Assembly: GCA_051294375.1 (NCBI GenBank)
Contig: CM119267.1
Coordinates: 4,398,258-4,432,024, forward strand
Length of the DNA stretch: 33,767 bases
Direction: 5' to 3'
Origin: Paraspadella gotoi
Taxonomy: Eukaryota; Animalia; Chaetognatha
The position numbers were made by a program, and so were the translations under genes. This document shows, one piece after another, positions 1 through 11,370 of this stretch. Numbering within the stretch: position 1 is the first letter of the stretch; each line of letters opens with the position of its first letter. A model generated the notes under the pieces. The model was not told where the DNA came from, ran no database searches, and saw nothing but the letters and a program-made list of their open reading frames with translations.

Positions 1-505
1 GAAAAAGAAAGAATCGAAATATAAGTGACAATAACAAAGACGGCGTCGACGGGGCGTCGTCCGGCGTCAGAAAAACGGCGCCGCGACCTGAGATCGGCGC
101 CGTCTGGGATCCGGGGGTGGGGTACTGGGAAAGGGTCAGACGGGGTCATCGCGGGAGAAAAGACAGGGCAGAGATGGGGTGAGCTCGTGGGAGTCGGTTC
201 GGGTCCGAGAAAGACAGACGGGTCAAGGAAGAAAGAAAGAGGGCGGGCGAGCGGTTGGGGGGGAAGTTGACTGAAGAGGAGAGGTGGCGTTTAGAGTGAA
301 TGGAATAGTAATAGTTTAAAAGAAAATATAAATATAGAGGAAATAGAGAATAGAGAGGAAAGGTTAAGATAATGAAAATTGTCACGTGAGTGGTGATTGG
401 GACCGGGAGAGAAAATGGCGGAGGAGACAAGGCATTTGCATTTTGTAGTAAAATCGACGAAACAAAATTTCCGTGGAATATTTGTCTTGTTCTGTTTAGA
501 ATTCT

Positions 506-507
<2 letters not shown>

Positions 508-542
<35 letters not shown>
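508..542. repeat. (TA)n microsatellite
   Basis: Perfect TA dinucleotide run read directly. Confidence 0.95.
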
Positions 543-547
<5 letters not shown>

Positions 548-1059
548 TGAATTAAATTATTTTGTGCCTTTATTCAGTTTTGATACTTCATCAAAGAATA
601 AGAAGCATTAGCAATTTAATCATAGTTTCATTTTTGTGTTACTATTTAAGATTTTTGTCGGCCCAATTATTGGTATTTTCTTATTAATTAGTTTTATCAT
701 GTCGATTATTCTTAACTTATGCGATCTATTCAAATATTGTAAGTCATTTCACAAACGGATGATATATGAGCACAAAGGGACATCTAATGCAAAAAAGCGT
801 CGAAAGGAGCTCATCTCTCATTATTCAATACTCAACAGTAAATCATTCTCTCTCACGTTATATGATTGTCATGTGGACTTCCGAGTGAAAGATAAGAGTC
901 TAATAAAAAAAAAAGAAAAGAAGATCGTATATCTTTTTTTTGTTTCCTTTTTTTTATTATGATGATTTTCTTTCTTTTTTTTTCTTTTTATTAAGCTGGG
1001 AATATAGCTGCCACAGATGACGATGATGGGGAAGGGGGGGGGAGATGATGAACGATGGA

Positions 1060-1103
<44 letters not shown>
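1060..1103. repeat. (GAC)n microsatellite
   Basis: Perfect GAC run; explains the poly-R and poly-S ORFs at 957-1316. Confidence 0.95.
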
Positions 1104-1104
<1 letters not shown>

Positions 1105-1192
1105 GAAACGAATCTCGAACTCGCGTCTGGCGTCGCGATGGGCAAATTGATCCCAGTCGCCAGTCGTCATTCTCTCTAGAGCAATTGTCTCA

Positions 1193-1196
<4 letters not shown>

Positions 1197-1250
<54 letters not shown>
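1197..1250. repeat. (CT)n microsatellite
   Basis: Perfect CT run. Confidence 0.95.
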
Positions 1251-1252
<2 letters not shown>

Positions 1253-1683
1253 ATTTCAAGGCGATTTCGAATCGCGTTTTCTTCGCCACAAACGAGAGAC
1301 GAGACTCAAAATATAATTTGAATGCGATCCTCATTAACGCGTCTGGCAGAGAGTGAGAGAGAGAGAGAGCGAGAGCGAGAGGATTTCCTCGTCTCTTTCC
1401 TTTTTTATTTCTTCTTTTTTACTTCATTTGATTCTTTCCTAGTTTCTTTCTCTGTGTTTTTTTCTTTATTTTTTTCTTTCCCTCTTTGTTTTTTTTTCTT
1501 TCTTTCTTCCTCTCTATGTAATTTTTCTTTTTTTTTTTCTTTCTTTATTTCTTTCTTTCTATCTTTCTTTTTTTGCTTTTAATCTTTCTTTCTTTTTCTT
1601 ATTTCCATTTCTTTCACACTCTCCCTCTCTTCCCAGTTCCCTCCCCTTCTTTCTTTCACCTGTTCCTTTGTTTCGACGCTTTC

Positions 1684-1814
<131 letters not shown>

Positions 1815-2272
1815 TTCGGACACAAACTCATGAATAATCACGATTTGAGAGAAATGGATTCCGTTTTGTGTTTTGGGTGGAGACAGTTGAGACGAGCGAA
1901 AAAGTGGGAGACAGAGACGAAACGACAGAGAGAGAGAGAGAGCGGGGACACGAAGACGACAAGGTGGAAAGAGACAGAGTGTGACAGAGGCGGTTGAAAA
2001 AGAGCGAGACAGAGTCAGGGAAGAGCTGCAAGAAAACAGAATATACGTAGTCAGAATATTGTGACGGTGAAAAGTGTAAAAAGCAGAGGAGAGTTTTGGC
2101 TCGAAGGTAGATCATAAGTTCTGTCAGTCTGTCAGTCACTAATGGTCGGTCAGTCAATACCGGTCGGTCGGTCAGTCGAACTAACTCTTCGAGGAAAAAG
2201 GAGAAAGATTGAAAAACGTTTTTGACCTTCGAGGTTTATTAAACGTCTCCTTTTTTTCTTTCTTTAATCTTC

Positions 2273-2274
<2 letters not shown>

Positions 2275-2308
<34 letters not shown>

Positions 2309-2310
2309 CT

Positions 2311-2377
<67 letters not shown>
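2275..2377. repeat. interrupted (CT)n microsatellite
   Basis: CT run with a short internal interruption. Confidence 0.9.
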
Positions 2378-2380
<3 letters not shown>

Positions 2381-2752
2381 CCTTCGCACTTCTTTTCTCT
2401 TGTTTTCTTTTTTTTATCCTCTCTTCTCTCACAAATTTCATTTTGTTTCTGTCTTCTTGTCTTCTTGTCGAAAGTTAAGGGCTTCCTCCACTTTTGAAAT
2501 TGTCACAAATAAATAATAATTAATAATTAATAATTTATGAATTGTTTGATTCAGTGAGTTGAATTTTTAGAAAACTCAAATGAAACAAATCTCAAGTTGT
2601 TTGCAAAAAACATTTTAACATTTTAATACTCTTTGTTTTGTTTAAAGTTTTTTTCTTTTTCCTTTGTTTCCCTTAACACCTTCTCCGTTTCTTTCCTCCC
2701 GACTTACCCTTTCTTTTCTCCGCTGTCCCCCGCGGCTCCACGCCTTCCTGCG

Positions 2753-2754
<2 letters not shown>

Positions 2755-2836
<82 letters not shown>
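2755..2836. repeat. interrupted (CT)n microsatellite
   Basis: CT run with single-base slips. Confidence 0.9.
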
Positions 2837-2838
<2 letters not shown>

Positions 2839-3298
2839 GCGCCACGATTTCTTTCTAATTGATTCAATTCTTTGTCGCAGTTCATCTTTTTCCGCATCTC
2901 CGATGAGAAGAAACCAAATTCCCCTTTTCGACTTCTTTAACATAACTTTTTCCTTTTTTTGAAAACCTATTTTTAAACTTAATACGAAGTTACTTTTTTA
3001 AAAATAATTCTCTAATTTATTTAAATATATGCCGTACCTCTCAAATATATTCTAGCAAAAGATCATTATCTTCAGTTCATTTTTCAATATTAATTTCATT
3101 CAGGCATTAAAATTTTTTTTTCATTTAATAATTTTATTTTTTACATCTATCCCAATCGTCTCAAGTATTCATCTTCATACAGTTCAATAATTCCCTCCAT
3201 ACATTCATACACTCAACTCACCCATCCAAATCAAATCCGCAAATAATTCCCACCCAATCCCCCACCCCCAAAAAGGGAGAACTACCCAAAATATATAT

Positions 3299-3496
3299 CC
3301 TGCTGGCCGTGGTCCGGGTGAGCGCCAGGGATTGGGGTCGCGACCGAAAGTCGCCTTTCCGTGTTCCAAGTCGGGAACGGGGGATTCTCATCTCTGAGAA
3401 TCCGTCTTGCGAGTGGGCCGACCGGGCGAGCGGCGGATTGACGCCTCTGGCACGGTCATGCCGGCGGACGGTGCCTGCTGGCGTCGAAGGGTGAGG
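3299..3496. other. GC-rich island with multiple nested hairpins (possible structured RNA or repeat fragment)
   Basis: Stems seen directly: GCGAC 3340-3344/GTCGC 3350-3354; GTTCC 3363-3367/GGAAC 3374-3378; GGATTCTCA 3382-3390/TGAGAATCC 3395-3403; GACGCC 3440-3445/GGCGTC 3480-3485 enclosing GGCACGGTC 3449-3457/GACGGTGCC 3467-3475. No known RNA family recognised. Confidence 0.35.
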
Positions 3497-3852
3497 GGGG
3501 GGGGGGGCTGGTTGAGGAGGTAAGTTAAGGGCGAAAGGTTGGGGAGGCAGGCGTGAAGGGTGTAAAGATGGGAGAGNNNNNNNNNNNNNNNNNNNNNNNN
3601 NNNNNNNNNNNNNNNNNNNNNNNNNNNNNNNNNNNNNNNNNNNNNNNNNNNNNNNNNNNNNNNNNNNNNNNNNNNNNNNNNNNNNNNNNNNNNNNNNNNN
3701 NNNNNNNNNNNNNNNNNNNNNNNNNNNNNNNNNNNNNNNNNNNNNNNNNTCTTTTCTTTTACTCCTTCGAGAGTCGGTATGCAATAAGGCTACGGATCTG
3801 CAACAAATCTCGAGTCGATCCCCGAACAGTCTCAAACTCTCTATCTCCGTCT

Positions 3853-3854
3853 TT

Positions 3855-3920
<66 letters not shown>

Positions 3921-3923
3921 CTG

Positions 3924-3954
<31 letters not shown>

Positions 3955-4026
3955 TTTTATCAGCGAAAAATCATGGAGGCAGATTCTCTCTCGCCTAAAG
4001 TTTTGACGACGCTTTGTTTCACGGAT

Positions 4027-4104
<78 letters not shown>
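3853..4104. repeat. opposed (CT)n (3853-3953) and (GA)n (4033-4104) microsatellites
   Basis: Two mutually complementary dinucleotide tracts separated by ~80 bp of unique sequence. Confidence 0.9.
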
Positions 4105-4108
<4 letters not shown>

Positions 4109-4389
4109 GAAGTGGGGAGAAAAGGAAAGGTCATTATTGAGAGGCCGTGTTTTTTTTGAGAGGGCGGTAATATATCATGTTTGTCGTGTTTTTTTTTTAT
4201 TGAATTATCAAGTAATAAAATAAATAATCTATTCTTTTTTTTTATTTAAGTTTGGTCTTTGGTTTTCAAAAATTTTTAATGAATTAATATAACTAAAAAC
4301 GGCTTTCAAAAAAGCAAACAAATGAACTCGAGCGCATTTCCCCGCTAATTTTTCAAAAACGACCGAGAGAGAAATACAGCGCTTTCTTT

Positions 4390-4525
4390 CTCCTCCTCCT
4401 CCTCCTCCTCCTCCTCATTTCTCTTTTCCTTCTCCTCTTCCTCTGTTCTCTCTCCTTCTCCGTGGTGACAACCTCCGCGTTCGCCTAGAATGAGAACGAA
4501 TCACATCCGACCGTGAAGAAAGAAA

Positions 4526-4556
<31 letters not shown>
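4390..4556. repeat. (CCT)n (4390-4416) and (GA)n (4528-4556) microsatellites abutting a 25-N gap
   Basis: Read directly. Confidence 0.9.
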
Positions 4557-4699
4557 NNNNNNNNNNNNNNNNNNNNNNNNNGAACACAGTACACTCGAGT
4601 GATTCAACTAAGTGTACCTAATTGTCAAGTAAAAAGTTCACATCGAACACTCATCAATTACTGAGAGAAAGATCTCAACTTCTTGCGGGCTATTGTTTC

Positions 4700-7030
4700 C
4701 GTCTCCCTTCCCGCTTTTCCTTTTTATGCAGTTCAGCTCAAATAAGAAGTTCCTCCTCCTTGTTTTCTCTCCTTTCCTCTTCGCGTATAAATTTCCACCC
4801 TGCAAACTCTTCGAGCCTCCTTGTTTCAAAGTGCCTTGGCTTTTCCATAAAATATGACATTATCATATACACCAATACGTAGTGTTGAGCAGATCACATA
4901 CCCATCATTCATTAAACTCTCGTTGGCAGTACTCGGAAGGTCCAACACTCCCGTCCTACCCCCTTTGTCCTCGAGTAACAGTAACTGAGAGTTTGCACTT
5001 TGGACTATGTTTGTCAACCCTTCCGAAGTGTTCAATAATTCTTTCCACCCGGTCCTACACTATGTTACAACGTCTCCTCATCTCCAGCCCAGCCCTGTAA
5101 CTACTTATTTTTTTACTTTTGCGATGACAAACCTCCGCAGTCGGTCAATACTTTTTCACCTCTCCTCCTACCGATAAACAACTGCGTCCCTCTGACCTTG
5201 AGTTCTTTCCTTTCAACTCTACTCTCCCCTGTTCTTGGCCGCTTCACCAGGATTTTCCTTCGGTGAATACTCAAAACATTCCTACCGACTACTACCGACT
5301 ATCTTCTTTCCTAAACCCTCCCGCGATGGGCAGCTATTCCATATTCGTTAGCACACTAATCGACAATCAAGTTCTTCATCTCATCACTGGTTTTCTTCCG
5401 TGCCGAGTAGTAAATCTCAATAAATCCAGCCGCCACTCCAATTACCGTTCAATGATCAGCGGATCCGATGCCGCCTTATCGAACCCACTCAATCGATGGT
5501 TGGAAAACAGCCTCGATGAAGGTTTAAACTCAATCGCCAATACCGCCAACGTGGATTCTCCTCTTCTTTTACGGCGATTACACCTTATCCATCTTCGTCC
5601 TTAAACCTTTTTTTCTTTTTTATTCATTACCGCCGGCCACCGCCTCTCGCTAGACTACTCACTCTCTTCGGTGTGCTCACTATCACTGCCTCCGCCCTCG
5701 CTCCCTTTCTCGCATTCCTTAACTGCAATTTTTCCTCTCGCACAATTCAGTTCTTCATGGGAAAAAAAACGATCTATTTTTCACCGTTCTTCTAGATCTT
5801 TTTCACCCCAGTTCCCCGCTAAAAACCCGCCTTTCTCCTCCTCTTCGCTCGCTCGAAATTGTACAACTCTTCAAGATCGCAAATTTTTCTACCGCGCGGT
5901 TTCAGCCCGGCATTGTTCCTGGCCGGAGTGTTTGAAATCTTTCGGTTGTCGTTTCCGGTTTCTGTCGTTCTCCTGTTCTCAGCCAACTATAAAGTACGTA
6001 GCACATTTTCTTCCCTCATTCTGTCTGCCGTCGTGTTCCGCCGTCGATCCACAGTCTGTTTTTTTAGAGCGTTGGACCATCTGTTCCATGATTCATCTCG
6101 CATTAAGATTGTTTGCATTTGTGAGTTTATTTTGTGAAGTCAATATCAGTTCCTTTACATTTCGGGTTTTTAAACAATAGATATTCTAGGTGTCTCTTTT
6201 TACAGAGACGCTTAGAACTAAAAATTGTAAAATAAAATGCACCCCTGATTCATGTCATGTTCAAATCTGTAATCGTCGCCCACGGCTGGTCATCGTCGTC
6301 GTCGTCGTCGTCGTCGTCATCGTCGTCGTCGTCATCGTCTCTTTCGACGTACCCAAACGAGAAATATAAGAAGAATAAATTTGATTTATATTTTTATATT
6401 CTTCATATTCTTTTCTATCGATGAAGATAGATCTATTCTAATTTTCTTTGCAAATGAGAGTAAATATTTACAAATCACACAAAAAAAAAAAGTTATTGAT
6501 AGTGTAAAAGTATTTTATTTTATTTCAATGTTGTATGGAGGTAACGAGCGATGATAATCTCTTGCATAATAAACTAGCGGTATATTAACGTTTCTTTTTT
6601 CTTCTGTGAAACTTCGCGGGACAACGGGATTAATCTATGTTAGTTTTATGTATTAACTGAACTGAGTCAGTCGAGTTTGTTGTGGTTATTGTGTTTGTTC
6701 TGTCAAGTGTGATTGCCGAATAATATATTTTTTCTTTTCCCCTTTTTTGGAAATTTTTTTTTTTTGCCTCCCAGCGCTCACGCCCAGAACTTTACGAGGC
6801 GTGACCTTTGGTCGCGGTTAGTTCTACACCAGCAGATCGGCCTTGGTTTGTTTTTTTTAGTCAAAGCGAGCGTGATTTTTCTTTTTATTCTTTATTATTC
6901 CGCACCCCCTCCCCCCATGTCTCCATCCCCTAACGCGGCGCATCGCGTCGACACCTCCCCATAGGCCCATTAAGCTACTTGTATGTATATTGCGTTGCAT
7001 TGTTCTCTCACTCTCTGCCTTTTTCCTTGC
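4700..7030 (-). repeat. Copy C part 1: insertion-rich inverted copy of ~10541-11600 (and of 16350-16470)
   Basis: Colinear reverse-complement anchors: 4714-4738 vs 11574-11596; 5931-5954 vs 11192-11215; 6126-6199 vs 10982-11057; 6249-6349 vs 10864-10961; 6835-6899 vs 10541-10592; about 6934-6963 vs 16396-16426. About 1.2 kb of copy A/B sequence is stretched to ~2.3 kb by scattered insertions. Confidence 0.85.
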
Positions 7031-7278
7031 CGCAGGTATTCTACACCTCACTTGCCTTACTTCTCCTGCCCTCCACATCACATCCCCCGTCTCTGCTCCC
7101 TCTCGCTTCCTCTCCTCTTCTCTCTCCGCCGCTCTGCGTGCCCACTCCTCTTTAAAAAAACCAATCTCGATAGTGGCCCCGAGTCAGAGTCGATTGATTT
7201 TCCATTTCACTCCCCGATGCCCAAATTTGATGAGCGCATTCACAAAATCACGTATTCTCTTTCTTTGTCGAAAGGGTG

Positions 7279-7320
7279 GAGAGAGAAGAGAGAGGAGACG
7301 CGGAGAGAGGAGAGAGGAAT

Positions 7321-7358
<38 letters not shown>

Positions 7359-7391
7359 TAAGGAGAGAGGCGAGAGAGAGACCCAGAGAGA
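7279..7391. repeat. degenerate (GA)n tract
   Basis: Read directly. Confidence 0.85.
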
Positions 7392-7789
7392 GGTGAGGTC
7401 CCCGTGCTGGGTGAGTTACTCGCGAAGGAAAAAGAAACCACGTGTTCGTCATCGACGAAAAAAATTTTCCACTGACTGAAATCTCTTACTTAATCCCTGA
7501 TATTTAGTATTCTTTTTATTCGAACCTTAGACCTTCGGTGCGCGAAGACGTAACACAAAACTGTACAGCTGTGGCGATGCTTTCTGTTCTCAATCTGTGC
7601 TTCTTCGTCTCTCCTCGGAGGTAATCAATGAAGTTATCCATCAAGTCATCCCCTCAGGGAATGAGAAACTTCGAAACTGTACAAATGTACCGGTAAGGAT
7701 TACCTACGAATACAAATTTGCAATTTCCAAATCTATCTCTTCTTTTCGATTCTTACGTTTAATTTTTCCTATTTCCGTTTGCCGTACCA

Positions 7790-9680
7790 ATTTTCTTTTT
7801 CTTTCTCCTCTTTCTTAGTCCTCTCTCTCTCCGTCTCTCCGCTCCTTCCATCTCTCTCATCTCTCTCCTTCTCTCTCTCGTCTCCGTATCCTCCTATCCT
7901 CTCTTTTCGTTCGGTATCCAATACTGTCCTCCTATACTTTTCTTGGTCTCTCCAACGTCGTCAGTCGTCTCTCCGTGTATTCTACACCTCCTTCCCTTCT
8001 CATGTCTCTCCTCTTTTTCTTTTTTATTATCTTCTCTTACTCCTCTTCAGCTCATCCAAATAATAACTTTACTTGTCTTCACGCGTTCTTTTTTCTCATC
8101 CTCGGGATATATATTTTCCCTTTCCCTCTCTCTTTCCTCTCTCTCCTCTCTTTTATCCTCTCCCTCTAACCTCCTGTTTTCTTCGTTATCATCTGCTCTT
8201 CTATCCTCGTCTTACTTATCCTCTATCCCCTCTTTATTCCTCTCTTTTTCAAAAAAAAACTCCTTTTCCCTTATTTTTTTTCCTCTTCCTTTAACTTTTC
8301 GGGCTTTTCCGTCTACATCCTCTCTCCACTTGTTCCTTTTCAACAAATCCCTTTTCCTGTATCCGGTGCCTCACTCGTTGCTGTCCCAGCCAGACTCCTT
8401 CGGGGGCCCTTTCCCCATCTCTCGTCCATCCCAGTCGCCGCCCTCCCCTTTTCAACCAACACGGCACCATCGCCTCTCTCCCCGCCGCCCCGCCCCCACC
8501 ACAATTTCCAACGCCCTCTATTTGCCAAATATTGAACGTTCCGCGTCACCCGACTTGAAAATCTTGAAGGACAAATATCGGAACCGAGACGACGAAATTT
8601 CTCGCCTTTTCTAAATTTCCGCCTCTTGGATCATTGGAAAAATTCCCTCTTTTTTTTTTGCGATTTTTTTTTTTTTCTCTCGTCACTCTCCTCTTTCCTT
8701 TCTCCTCCTCTCTCTGGCTCCTCCCTTCTCTTCGGGTGTCTAATTTCTCTTCTTGATCCCCTTTCTTCTCCCTCCTCTTCCCTCCGACTCGTCGCCTTGC
8801 TACGCCTCTCCATTCTCCCTCACCTCCTCTCGTTGTCTCCCGTGATCCTCCCTTCTCTCCTCTTCTCTTCCTTCTTCTACTCCTCTGTCTCTCTTCTATC
8901 TCTCCTCTCTTCTCAGTCGCGGTGTCTAATTTCTCTCTCTTTCTCTCGCTCCTCTTCCTTTTATTTCCCTTTCGCCGTTCTCCTCTCTCCTCTCTTTCTC
9001 TCCCCTCTTCTCGTCTCCATCCTCTCTTCTGGCGTGAATAATATATATCCGGTCTTTTTCAAAATGCGAAAATTTCCCCTCTTTCTTCTCCTATCTCGTG
9101 GCTCTCTGTCCTAAGCCTCTCTTCCTTTCTACTTTCCTCTAACTGTGCTTGCTTCTGTTTTCTTTTTTCCTTTTCTTTCCTTTCTCTTTCTGTCCTCTTT
9201 CTTTCTTTCTTCTTTATTTTTCCTTTTCTTTCTCTTTTTCTTATCGTTTCTTTCCTTCTTTTCCTCTCTCTCTTCTACATCGCTCTCTCTCTCTCGTCTC
9301 TTCCCTCTCTCTTCCCTCTCTCTTTTTCTTTTTTCCTCTTCTCTCCCTCTTTGCTCTTTCTCCTATCTCTGGATTTTCTTCCCTCTATTTCCTGGGGGGC
9401 TGTCTACTCCTCTCCTTCTCCTTACTTGTGTGGTCTCTTTCGGTCTTTCTTGATTCTTTTCCGCTTTCTTTTTCTCATTCTCTTTCTTTCTTTCCTTTCT
9501 CTTTCTCTTTTCCCTTTCTTTCTTCTTATTTCTCTCTCTCATCTGCTCTCTCTCCTTCGACCTCTGATCTTGTCTCTCCTCATCTCTCTCCAGTCATCCA
9601 CTCCTGTCCACCCATCGGACAAGTCAGATCTCCGATGCCTCTCTCTCCTCTCTCTCCTTTTCTTTCCTTTCTGTTTCTTC
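7790..9680. repeat. ~1.9-kb pyrimidine-rich low-complexity tract (degenerate CT/CTT/CTTT)
   Basis: Strong C+T bias on the + strand; all overlapping ORFs are L/S/F/P-rich. Confidence 0.85.
8120..8960 (-). repeat. Copy C part 2: inverted copy of ~9720-10366
   Basis: 8144-8163 is the exact reverse complement of 10331-10350, and colinearity continues to ~8390 vs 10124. GGGTGTCTAATT at 8734-8745 (and GGTGTCTAATT at 8921) matches AATTAGACACCC at 9769-9780. Confidence 0.8.
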
Positions 9681-11090
9681 AACGGTCATGGTGATGTTCG
9701 AGAGATAGAGAAAGAGAGACAGAGAGAGAGAGAGAAAGAAATAAAGAAAGAGAGAGAAAGAGAGAGAGAATTAGACACCCAGAGAGAGNNNNNNNNNNNN
9801 NNNNNNNNNNNNNNNNNNNNNNNNNNNNNNNNNNNNNNNNNNNNNNNNNNNNNNNNNNNNNNNNNNNNNNNNNNNNNNNNNNNNNNNNNNNNNNNNNNNN
9901 NNNNNNNNNNNNNNNNNNNNNNNNNNNNNNNNNNNNNNNNNNNNNNNNNNNNNNNNNNNNNNNNNNNNNNNNNNNNNNNNNNNNNNNNNNNNNNNNNNNN
10001 NNNNNNNNNNNNNNNNNNNNNNNNNNNNNNNNNNNNNNNNNNNNNNNNNNNNNNNNNNNNNNNNNNNNNNNNNNNNNNNNNNNNNNNNNNNNNNNNNNNN
10101 NNNNNNNNNNNNNNNNNNNNNNNGGGGACAGGACGAGGGATAAGAAAAGGGATTTGATTTGAAAAAGGAACAAAGTGGAGAGGATTAAGGAAAAGCCGAA
10201 GTTTAAGGAAGAGGAAAAAATAAGGAAAAGGAGTCGGGTTTTTTTTTTGGAAGAAGGGAGGAATAAAGAGAGGATAGAGGATAAGAAGAGAGGATAGAGG
10301 AGAGGATAAAGAAGAAGAAGAGTGGTTAGAGGAGAGGATAAAAGAGAGGAGGAGAAGATAGAGGGANNNNNNNNNNNNNNNNNNNNNNNNNNNNNNNNNN
10401 NNNNNNNNNNNNNNNNNNNNNNNNNNNNNNNNNNNNNNNNNNNNNNNNNNNNNNNNNNNNNNNNNNNNNNNNNNNNNNNNNNNNNNNNNNNNNNNNNNNN
10501 NNNNNNNNNNNNNNNNNNNNNNNNNNNNNNNNNNNNNNNNAATAATAAAAAAAGAAAAATCACGGCTTTGAAAAAAAAACCAAGGCCGATCGGGAATAAG
10601 AAAAAGCGAATCGGGAATCGGAACAACGACGACAACCACAACAACGACGACTAGAAGAATCATAACAAATATAATCCGTTGTTCCCCAGTTTCACGAAAA
10701 AAACGTTAACCCAGATTAGCAAAGATTATCATGGTCGTCCCAAAAAAAATGTTATCATACAATTTTTTTTTTGTGTTGAAATTTTATTTGGCAAAGAAAT
10801 TAAGAAATTATTTCATCGAGAAAAGAAAGAAGAAAAATAATCATCATCTTTTTTCGCCTTTGGCGTCGAAAGAGACGATGACGACGACGACGATGACGAC
10901 GACGACGACGACGACGACGATGACAGCGTGGGCGACGATTACAGATTTGACATGACATGAATAGTATTCATTGAATACTTCAAAGAGACACCTAGAAAAT
11001 CTATTGTTTAAAAACCGAAATGTAAAGGAACTGATATTGACTTCCACTAAAATAAACACAATAAAATCGTGAACAATAACAATCCACGCA

Positions 11091-11157
<67 letters not shown>

Positions 11158-11329
11158 TGAAGCCTCTGGCAACAGAGAAACGACGAAGACGAAAACGACA
11201 ACGAAAGATTTCAAAACTGCCAGGAAAATGGGGCTGAAACGCGCGGGAAAATTCGAATTTGAAAAATTGTCAATTTAGCGGCGAAGAAGGAAAAAGGCGG
11301 TTGCGGACTGGCGGGAGGCGGATTGGCGA

Positions 11330-11370
<41 letters not shown>

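Noticed and set aside
636-962. 108-aa ORF with a hydrophobic N-terminus
   Set aside because: GTG start in a eukaryotic context; hydrophobicity and Lys runs follow from T- and A-rich DNA; no recognisable family.
4638-5406. Apparent shattered Tc1/IS630-like transposase on the minus strand (RKKTSDEMKNLIVD, KRPRTG, EVKK..PTAE, WTFR..YCQ, VIDECS), or a LINE C-terminal-like stretch (EETL.H, NVIFYGK)
   Set aside because: The motifs are scattered over all three frames with many stops, and no TIRs were found. The DNA aligns as an insertion-laden reverse complement of non-coding copy A (e.g. 4714-4738 vs 11574-11596), so the motifs are most likely chance. A frameshift-aware search against Pfam/Dfam would settle it.
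5128-6180. Plus-strand ORFs 5263-5604 (open from 5128), 5671-6180 and 5859-6137
   Set aside because: They lie inside noisy inverted copy C, have no recognisable domain, and I saw no equivalent ORFs in the cleaner copy A.
6126-6349. Initially read as a dispersed ~220-bp SINE/MITE with three copies
   Set aside because: Similarity extends for kilobases on both sides; it is only the best-preserved part of the large A/B/C repeats.
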